This document shows positions 22,399 through 28,619 of a stretch of 32,000 nt of DNA, piece by piece. The DNA lies in assembly GCA_020160975.1 (NCBI GenBank), contig JAIUPJ010000001.1, forward strand, positions 390,001 through 422,000, given 5' to 3'. The notes under the pieces are model-generated. The model made no database searches, was not told the DNA's origin, and saw only the letters and a program-made list of their open reading frames with translations. Within the stretch, counting starts at the first letter, position 1, and each line of letters opens with the position of its first letter. The position numbers and the translations under genes are program-made. The stretch is from Candidatus Saccharimonadota bacterium. GTDB lineage: Bacteria; Patescibacteriota; Saccharimonadia; Saccharimonadales; Saccharimonadaceae.

Positions 22399-24210
22399 TT
22401 ACTGGCCTGGGATACGGAATTGAGACGGGTCTGTTGGACTCGATGCAGAAACTGGACGAAGATCAGGAGAACCGACAGGCGCGGGAGCGGTAGCCACTGG
22501 CGCACCAAATGGTGGTAATGTTGGCGCGGCGACATCACCTGGAAGCGGTGGCAGGGTAGAAAAGTCTGGCAACGGTGGTAGTGGTGGCAAGAGCGGATCG
22601 GCCGCGGCTGGTGCAGGAGAAGTTGGCAAAGTGCTCTGCGGACTCTGTAGGCTTTGTGGGCTTGGCGCACCAGTCAGTGCGGCGTCGACTGCAGCCATCG
22701 CATTCTCCTGATGTGCGCGATTCTGAGCGTCAATCTCGGCAAGCGTTGGTATTGCTGCTACTGGTGTAGGCGGTTGGATCGGTGCAACGTGTGTTGTCGT
22801 GCCGGCATTGCTTGCCGCCCCTAATACATCGACAACAGTCGGTTCTTCGACCGCGCTGTCATTGATTGCATTGATGGGCGCCTGAAATGCAGGCTCGTCG
22901 GCTACAAAGCTGCTGCCGCCATGCGTCAAAATGGTTTTATTGCGATCCTCATTGATCTCACGCTGCTTGTCGACCGCTGCTTGTTCACTGGTTGCATTGA
23001 GCGTCCCCCCGAGTGTTGGCTCGACAGACTGATTATCTGATGTGCGCCACGTATCCGTCGTCACAGCGCCACGAAGCGGTGCTGGTTGCACTGGCTGCGG
23101 TGCGACTGCCGCAAGATTGTCAGCAAGTTCTTTTTCGGCGACAACAGTCGCTTCCCTCTGTCTCTTTGCGACAACACGAGCCGCCTGCTTTTTGAGCTCT
23201 TCTTCAGCCCGCGTGACTGCTTCAGCTGATTGGTCAGAGGCAATTTCGTCACGCACTTCATCGAGAGTGCCCTCGGGTACATGCGAAATCGCTAATGACC
23301 CGTCTGCAGCTGGCGTATCTTTTGGTGCCTCTTTTGGCGCTTCCTTTGGTGTAGCTTCCTTGGCGGGATGCTCGCTGCGATCAACTTTTGCGGGTTTGTC
23401 CTCTTGCAGATCGCCTTCTGATTTTTCTTGCTCTTTCTCTTTTGCAGGCAAGGCGCTGCCTTCTTCGAGCTTGATAGCAATCAGCTGCTGGTTTGCCCCT
23501 GCAGCCATTAGTTGTGCGGCGGTGGTCATGACGTCAGCAGATGTCTTGTCATTGCTGAATCGCTCTGTGGCGGCAACAATACCCGTCAAAAGAGCGGTAG
23601 CAATTTGCTCGTCAAGAAGCGCTTTGTCAGATTTAAGTGCTTCCGCAAGCCCTGCCATCATCTCTGAATAGCTACTTGCTGCTGTATCAACCCATTCTAT
23701 GCCGCCCAGGTTACTGGCTTCACCAAGCGACACCGCTGCCACCGTCGCATCATGAAGAATGCGCCCATGACTCTCAAGAGCCTTGTCGAGATCTTCACTA
23801 CTCCTAACGCCGATGGCTAGTACGAACTCGACATTATAGTCACCTTGGCTAAAATCGAGATCCTTATCAGAAATTGTCGTTCGATACGGTGTGATAAAAA
23901 TCTTCACCATATCATCGACAACTTTGTAGCGCAAATGGTCGGCTTTTTCTTTGTCGAGTGCAATGATGAAATCTCGCAGACTATCGACCGTATTCTCAAA
24001 CGTTTTTTCAGGCTGGAGAAACTCGATGGCAGGGGGAACTGCACCGCTGAAAACTGCTGTACCATGCTTGTTGAGCTTGTTGATGAGCAAGGTGATACCA
24101 AGCGCCGCGCTCAACTCATCGACAGATGGGTTACTGTTCACGGTCACAAGAATATTGTTGCTGTCTTTGATCTTTTCGACAATCTGTTTTTTGACGGTGG
24201 TATCTGCCAT
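22399..24210 (-). CDS. DHH-fold (NrnA-like) protein with degenerate catalytic motifs and long Pro/Ala/Glu-rich disordered C-terminus
   Basis: 603-aa ORF. The N-terminal ~250 aa follow the NrnA DHH layout (ILVTVNSNPSVDELSAALGITLLINKLNKHG; VDTAASSYSEMMAGL; ATALLTGIVAATERFSN). The DGD and DHH metal motifs are replaced (SVD, LHD), and no DHHA1 domain is present. The C-terminus contains KEAPKEAPK and LPPLPPLP. Confidence 0.6.
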   Translation of the reverse strand: MADTTVKKQIVEKIKDSNNILVTVNSNPSVDELSAALGITLLINKLNKHGTAVFSGAVPPAIEFLQPEKTFENTVDSLRDFIIALDKEKADHLRYKVVDDMVKIFITPYRTTISDKDLDFSQGDYNVEFVLAIGVRSSEDLDKALESHGRILHDATVAAVSLGEASNLGGIEWVDTAASSYSEMMAGLAEALKSDKALLDEQIATALLTGIVAATERFSNDKTSADVMTTAAQLMAAGANQQLIAIKLEEGSALPAKEKEQEKSEGDLQEDKPAKVDRSEHPAKEATPKEAPKEAPKDTPAADGSLAISHVPEGTLDEVRDEIASDQSAEAVTRAEEELKKQAARVVAKRQREATVVAEKELADNLAAVAPQPVQPAPLRGAVTTDTWRTSDNQSVEPTLGGTLNATSEQAAVDKQREINEDRNKTILTHGGSSFVADEPAFQAPINAINDSAVEEPTVVDVLGAASNAGTTTHVAPIQPPTPVAAIPTLAEIDAQNRAHQENAMAAVDAALTGAPSPQSLQSPQSTLPTSPAPAAADPLLPPLPPLPDFSTLPPLPGDVAAPTLPPFGAPVATAPAPVGSPDLRPVSASSPTDPSQFRIPGQ

Positions 24211-24249
24211 ATCTTTCCTATTTTTTGCTTTTCATGAAAGTTTGCTGTC

Positions 24250-24279
24250 ACTATACCATAAGTGTTTTCGTATCGTCAA
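24250..24279 (-). promoter_or_regulatory. promoter TTGACG-N18-TGgTATAGT for the DHH-like gene
   Basis: The -35 element TTGACG is at 24279-24274. The extended -10 TGGTATAGT is at 24258-24250. This gives a leader of about 33 nt with AGGAAAG just before the ATG. Confidence 0.5.
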
Positions 24280-24289
24280 CTATTATGAC

Positions 24290-24440
24290 ACCTAAGCCTC
24301 AGAACTTCCCCTACTTCCCGTAAAGCAACGGCAACCAGTGAGCCACCACGTGATTCGCCGCCTGAAAGACGACGTGGAGGGAGGGTTTTTAAGACTCGGG
24401 TTATTACTGCATGACCTGTCTGCTGCCCTCCTCTGAGCAT
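24290..24440. ncRNA. candidate structured RNA element (family and strand unresolved)
   Basis: This GC-rich segment lies between two divergent promoters. One helix pairs CTCAGA (24298-24303) with TCTGAG (24432-24437). A hairpin pairs CCACGT (24346-24351) with ACGTGG (24372-24377). The G tract GGAGGGAGGG (24376-24385) has two alternative C-rich partners (24305-24319 and 24426-31). A T5 run lies at 24386-24390. Confidence 0.3.
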
Positions 24441-24445
24441 ACATC

Positions 24446-24474
24446 TTTACAAACAGGGGTTTTTCCTCTATAAT
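24446..24474 (+). promoter_or_regulatory. sigma70-type promoter TTTACA-N17-TATAAT for rpsT
   Basis: The -35 element TTTACA is at 24446-24451, followed by a 17-nt spacer and the -10 element TATAAT at 24469-24474. The 15-nt palindrome AATCAACcGTTGATT (24472-24486) overlaps the -10 and the start site. Confidence 0.6.
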
Positions 24475-24524
24475 CAACCGTTGATTAGAAATAACAGACT
24501 CTAACGAGAAATAAAGGAATTTTT

Positions 24525-24926
24525 ATGCCGATTATCAAATCAGCCATCAAACGAATGAAGCAAACTGCAAAGCGCCGCGACCGCAATGTAGGCATCAAGC
24601 GCGACATCAAATCTGCCGTAAAGTCATTTATGGCGAAACCAACTGCTGAAGGGTTCAGTGCCGCACAAAGCGAACTCGACACCGCAGTGAAAAAGAACCT
24701 GCTTAAGAAAGCAACCGCCTCTCGCCGCAAAGCTGCCCTCGCAAAAACTGCGAAAGAAGCTGGTGTAAAACTATCTACCGCTAGTGCAAAGAAACCTGCA
24801 GCCAAAAAAGCAGCAGCAAAGCCTGCGACAGTGAAAGCAACTCCAGCCAAGAAACCAACTGCCGCAAAAGCAGCTCCCAAAAAACCTGCAGCCAAAAAGC
24901 CAGCTAGCAAGACAGTAAAGAAATAG
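24525..24926 (+). CDS. rpsT: 30S ribosomal protein S20 with C-terminal Lys/Ala/Pro-rich extension
   Basis: The first ~85 aa are canonical S20 (MPIIKSAIKRMKQTAKRRDRNVGIKRDIKSAVK...). They are followed by ~48 aa of AKKPAAKK-type repeats. An AAAGGAA Shine-Dalgarno sequence lies upstream. Confidence 0.9.
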   Translation: MPIIKSAIKRMKQTAKRRDRNVGIKRDIKSAVKSFMAKPTAEGFSAAQSELDTAVKKNLLKKATASRRKAALAKTAKEAGVKLSTASAKKPAAKKAAAKPATVKATPAKKPTAAKAAPKKPAAKKPASKTVKK

Positions 24927-24963
24927 TCTCCGTTTGAGAGACTAACGACATTATTGCTGCACC

Positions 24964-24990
24964 TCCCCGCTCACCAAGCGGGGATTTGTT
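24964..24990 (+). terminator. rho-independent terminator of rpsT
   Basis: The stem pairs TCCCCGCT (24964-24971) with AGCGGGGA (24977-24984), with the loop cacca. It is followed by TTTGTT. Confidence 0.65.
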
Positions 24991-25903
24991 ATCGCAGGAC
25001 AATCGCCATTACAAAACGATCAAAGCCTTCCCATGGCGTCACTTCCGAGATTTTCATACGAGCATCGAGATCGGCCGCGAGCTGTGTAATGGCACGCGCA
25101 TCAACCTGTGAGACGTGCTTCGCCTGCGATTGCAACCTCCCAAGCACATACGGGTGGATCGCAAGATCACCCGATGCACCGCCAGCGAGTTTTAATGCTA
25201 CCAACTGCAACCACTGTTTGACAACGCCGGCAAAAGCCAGGTAGGGATCCTCATTGGCATGAAGCTGCGAAAGCATCGTCTGAACCCCCGCGTCGTCGCG
25301 GTCAATCGCTTTATCGAGTAGACGAAACAACACTTCGCCTCGGGCTGGCGGCAACACGGCAGCAATTGACTCGTCGCTCACTTCGTCGAGCACCGCAAGA
25401 GCAGCGACCGCTTGTGCCAACTGCATTTGATCGATCACCATTGATCCTGGGCGAGCAGTTGGCGCATGCGCCCGCTGGATCATGTCTGCCAGCTGCGCTC
25501 GCGTTGGTGCAAGTCCACGGTCTTTCATCAGCTTTCCCAGCCATTCTTCTGCTGCACGTGTGTCACGGTCTGTCCACTGTTCAGCCGTAATCAGTTTGGT
25601 TTGCTTCAAAACATCTTTCGTTGACTTCAGTCGCTTGTCTATACTACTTTCGCGTAAAATAACTGTCACCTCTGGAGCCACGTCATCAATCCACAGTGCC
25701 AATTTTTCCCAAAGCATCTTTTGCTCAGACAACCGTGTGATGATCACGGTACGCTCACTTGCAAACAACGACATGCCGCGCAAAATATCGCTCAGCTTAG
25801 CCTCATCGAGCTCGCTACCTTCGTAGCGCTCTACTGTCGCTACCCCAGCAGCCAGCCGCTGCAGCTCCTGCTCAGCTGCGTAGGTATTTTCTCCTAGAAT
25901 CAT
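24989..25903 (-). CDS. holA: DNA polymerase III delta subunit
   Basis: The length and helical pattern fit HolA (ILGENTYAAEQELQRL..., SLFASERTVIITRL). It sits next to rpsT, as in many bacteria. I prefer the ATG at 25903. The track's start at 25990 overlaps fpg by 71 nt and adds a non-homologous extension. Confidence 0.65.
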   Translation of the reverse strand: MILGENTYAAEQELQRLAAGVATVERYEGSELDEAKLSDILRGMSLFASERTVIITRLSEQKMLWEKLALWIDDVAPEVTVILRESSIDKRLKSTKDVLKQTKLITAEQWTDRDTRAAEEWLGKLMKDRGLAPTRAQLADMIQRAHAPTARPGSMVIDQMQLAQAVAALAVLDEVSDESIAAVLPPARGEVLFRLLDKAIDRDDAGVQTMLSQLHANEDPYLAFAGVVKQWLQLVALKLAGGASGDLAIHPYVLGRLQSQAKHVSQVDARAITQLAADLDARMKISEVTPWEGFDRFVMAIVLR

Positions 25904-25919
25904 ATATATCACTATCTCA

Positions 25920-26891
25920 CTATTGTGGCATAGGCTGACAGACGGAACAAACATGAGTACCACGACCAGCGACTTTGATCTTCTCGACAATCACATCGGG
26001 ATGTCTCGGACATGGCAAGCCTTCTTTGCGAAAGACACGCGCGAAGTCGATGTAACTCCCCCGCTTGCCCTCGGCGTTGACATAGTTTCGGTCGGTACTG
26101 CCGCCTTTTTCGATGCTGAGATTCATGACGTATTTAATTTCCTTCAACAATTCGACTAGTTGCTCATCAGATACATCTCGTACGCGGGTCGCAGGGTGGA
26201 TCCGCGCGCCCCACAAGCTTTCATCGGCATAGATATTTCCTACTCCGGCCAGCACAGTTTGGTCGAGAATTGCCGCTTTGATGGTAGTGTTATTGCGACG
26301 ACGAGTTCGGGGGATAAATTCGCTACCTGTAAATGAATCTTCAAGCGGCTCTGGGCCTACGCGTTGCATAAAATCGATACTCGGCACTTCAACAGTCGGG
26401 AAAAGTTTTAACCACCCAAATTTGCGCTGGTCATTAAAATACAGATGCGAGCCATCGGTAAACTCAATCACCACGCGCGTGCTCCTGTCGGGCAATTCAC
26501 CCACCAGTGAATCATTTGGATGCCCCGCACCAAAGCGGACCTCACCCATGACATCACCGGTGCTTCGCACGCGCTTTAGGAGGCGGGGCGACGAACCTGA
26601 ATTCGCTTCAGAATCGGGCGGAGAGGTAGACCCCTCCTTTACATATACGAGCTGCCCAGTCATTTTGAGGTGAATGACAAGTGTGTAGTGTGTTGAAAGA
26701 TCAATCAAAAGTACCTTTGCTCTTCGACGAATATCGACAACACATGAACCGATCAAAAACTCTCGAACCGACTGCGGCTCGTTAGGAAAACTCTTAGGAG
26801 AGTCGCGCACCGAAGTATCTCGCACAACTTTGTGCATGATAAGTGACGCAAGACCGCGCCTAACTGTTTCGACTTCAGGAAGTTCGGGCAT
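25920..26891 (-). CDS. mutM: formamidopyrimidine-DNA glycosylase (Fpg/Nei family)
   Basis: The N-terminus MPELPEVETVRRGL carries the catalytic Pro2/Glu3. It has an H2TH region and a C-terminal zinc finger CPRH...CSVCQ. TATACT (26898-26903) lies 6 nt upstream of the ATG. Confidence 0.9.
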   Translation of the reverse strand: MPELPEVETVRRGLASLIMHKVVRDTSVRDSPKSFPNEPQSVREFLIGSCVVDIRRRAKVLLIDLSTHYTLVIHLKMTGQLVYVKEGSTSPPDSEANSGSSPRLLKRVRSTGDVMGEVRFGAGHPNDSLVGELPDRSTRVVIEFTDGSHLYFNDQRKFGWLKLFPTVEVPSIDFMQRVGPEPLEDSFTGSEFIPRTRRRNNTTIKAAILDQTVLAGVGNIYADESLWGARIHPATRVRDVSDEQLVELLKEIKYVMNLSIEKGGSTDRNYVNAEGKRGSYIDFARVFRKEGLPCPRHPDVIVEKIKVAGRGTHVCSVCQPMPQ

Positions 26892-26908
26892 ACATCTAGT
26901 ATAGCGCT

Positions 26909-27703
26909 CTAGGCGACGAGCGAGTAATCGCCGCTTTGCATGATGTCCACCGCCATATCGGCGACGTCCTCTGCTCGGTACATAATAGCGTTGTGGCCGC
27001 TCAGCACGCGAGAGTCTAGCTCATACAGGTTGAATCCAGCATAGGTTAGCCCCCGCCGAACCTTATCTGGAGAAATGAGACGATCATGCGGAAAAAGCAG
27101 CGCGTCGCGTCTGATATGCTCATCAAGACCACGCGCCTGTTCGGCAACGTAGTGCCGGCTCGCCATGAATGCCGTCTGCAATAAAACATGCGGTGGACTG
27201 GAGACGAAATAATCAAACCCATCGGCCACCACTCGAAGCTCGTCGAGCATATGCTTATTGTCAGGCCGGTCACGCAAGCTCGACAAGGCGCGAAAGGTAT
27301 TCACGCCACCATAGCCAGCTGGCTGCATGAGGAGAAGACCTGATATATCATCAGGTGCTCTCAGCGCCGCCATTGTCGCGTGCATACCGCCGAGTGAATG
27401 GCCGATGACCCGAACGGGCTTTTGTCCATCATCGGCAAGCGATTTGACGACCTCGATCACTTCATCGGTACAGACTGGCGATGCACCTTCGTGCGCCATA
27501 GTGACAGACGTCACTCCCCTTTCGGCGACATCTCGAGCAAACGGATTGTAGAGTCGGCGCTTCGCCATAATGCCTGGAACGATGAGAGCGACTTCGTCAC
27601 TCGTCACTTCCTCTGGTGTACGTACAGTATAATGCACCACTCGTGAGCCAAGCTCGAGCGTATGATCACGGGTCTCGTACCGCAACCGTTCCAGGCTTTT
27701 CAT
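26909..27703 (-). CDS. alpha/beta hydrolase
   Basis: 264-aa ORF with the nucleophile elbow GHSLGG. The substrate is unknown. Confidence 0.75.
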   Translation of the reverse strand: MKSLERLRYETRDHTLELGSRVVHYTVRTPEEVTSDEVALIVPGIMAKRRLYNPFARDVAERGVTSVTMAHEGASPVCTDEVIEVVKSLADDGQKPVRVIGHSLGGMHATMAALRAPDDISGLLLMQPAGYGGVNTFRALSSLRDRPDNKHMLDELRVVADGFDYFVSSPPHVLLQTAFMASRHYVAEQARGLDEHIRRDALLFPHDRLISPDKVRRGLTYAGFNLYELDSRVLSGHNAIMYRAEDVADMAVDIMQSGDYSLVA

Positions 27704-27767
27704 GACATTACTATGCTCTTAGGGTGCCGAAAAAGCAATAGCCTGAACGCACTATCTCACGCTAGAA

Positions 27768-28229
27768 TTACTGCTTAGTAAGCTGCTCATTAATAACACT
27801 TGTCACCTTGCTATCTTCACGAAGGTTTTGCCAATAAAGAACTTGGGATGATTTCAGAGCGATGCTATCCTGCGGGCCATAGAGCTGATCGGTTGCCTTA
27901 ATAAGTGTAGTCTTCGGTGCATCTTTACTCGTGTCGTTTGCCGTGTTTACTTGTAGGATTTTCTCAATATACGGTGATTTTAGCTGCAAAAACTCACCAC
28001 TGACATTTTGCAACTTGCCAAAGTATAGCTGTCCATTCGTCATATAGACCACTTGGTAACTGTTACGGTCTATGCGCTGTGTTGGATTGAGAATAGTCAT
28101 AGTTACCGCAAACCCAAGCGCCAATAGTCCAATAAATACAGCCGTCAAGAAAAGTTTCGTATAGCGATGTGTCGGCCAAAACATGCTTCGGTGTTTCTTG
28201 CGTGTCGTAATCTCTGAGCTTTTGTTCAT
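27768..28229 (-). CDS. hypothetical bitopic membrane protein
   Basis: 153-aa ORF with a basic N-terminus, one TM segment (LFLTAVFIGLLALGFAVTMTIL) and an exodomain containing YQVVYMTNGQLYFGKL. TATACT (28239-28244) lies 9 nt upstream of the ATG. Confidence 0.7.
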   Translation of the reverse strand: MNKSSEITTRKKHRSMFWPTHRYTKLFLTAVFIGLLALGFAVTMTILNPTQRIDRNSYQVVYMTNGQLYFGKLQNVSGEFLQLKSPYIEKILQVNTANDTSKDAPKTTLIKATDQLYGPQDSIALKSSQVLYWQNLREDSKVTSVINEQLTKQ

Positions 28230-28244
28230 ATATTCTTCAGTATA

Positions 28245-28619
28245 TCACTCGTTATTGGTCTGATTTGGTGTATCGATGACTGCAGGACCGACATCAACAA
28301 TGCGGTCAATCTCGGGACGATAGATGATTACCTTTTGAAGATTTTTGTATATCAAAATCTTATCGCCATTTTTTACTTTGCCGCGGAGATACCCGCTCGC
28401 GACTTTGCTACTATCGACGACTGTTATGAGCGCGGGCTCTTCATCGCTCGGCAATACGTAGTGCCTACTAATAGCCTCTTTCACTTGAGAAAGCGACGAC
28501 AAATCGCTCTCACGGCTCATTTGCGACCGAGTGTAGGCTCCTGCACCACTCACGAGCATAACTAGTAGCACGACGAGAGCAGATAGTATTTTTTGTTTTT
28601 TTGTCAATCGACTCATCAA
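28245..28619 (-). CDS. hypothetical bitopic membrane protein
   Basis: 124-aa ORF with one TM segment (ILSALVVLLVMLVSGAGAY). Its ATG overlaps the stop of the upstream 682-aa gene in ATGA (28616-28619), which suggests translational coupling. Confidence 0.7.
   Translation of the reverse strand: MMSRLTKKQKILSALVVLLVMLVSGAGAYTRSQMSRESDLSSLSQVKEAISRHYVLPSDEEPALITVVDSSKVASGYLRGKVKNGDKILIYKNLQKVIIYRPEIDRIVDVGPAVIDTPNQTNNE

Noticed and set aside
21939-22670. 243-aa minus-strand ORF spanning the PIG-L / DHH-like gene junction
   Set aside because: It lies antisense to the well-supported PIG-L deacetylase and out of frame within the 3' end of the DHH-like gene. Its composition is Arg/His/Cys/Gln-rich, typical of non-coding frames, and it has no start signals.
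23042-23671. 209-aa plus-strand Ser/Ala-rich ORF
   Set aside because: It is the antisense of the low-complexity Pro/Ala/Glu region of the DHH-like gene. The repetitive composition keeps the opposite frame open.
24290-24440. Possible SRP (4.5S), 6S, RNase P or tmRNA gene
   Set aside because: The conserved SRP domain IV sequence (GUCCGGAAGGAAGCAGC-like with a GGAA tetraloop) is not present. There is no RNase P P4 motif (GAGGAAAGUCC / ACAGAAnCCGGCUUA) and no tRNA-like 3' end. The two halves do not pair end-to-end as in 6S RNA.
24292-24477. 61-aa minus-strand ORF (TTG start) covering the structured spacer
   Set aside because: It has a non-ATG start, no Shine-Dalgarno or -10 box, and an Arg/Ser/Cys-rich translation. 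It would run through the rpsT promoter. The region is better explained by RNA structure, though a small basic protein is not strictly excluded.
24485-24910. 141-aa minus-strand ORF that looks like a multi-pass membrane protein (AGFLAAGF repeats)
   Set aside because: It is the antisense reading of the rpsT Lys/Ala-rich tail (GCn/AAR codons read backwards). rpsT has a promoter, a Shine-Dalgarno sequence, clear homology and a terminator.
25904-25990. N-terminal 29-aa extension of holA (track start at 25990)
   Set aside because: It would overlap the 3' end of fpg by 71 nt and adds a hydrophobic, Cys-containing peptide unlike HolA. The ATG at 25903 follows the fpg stop codon by 16 nt.
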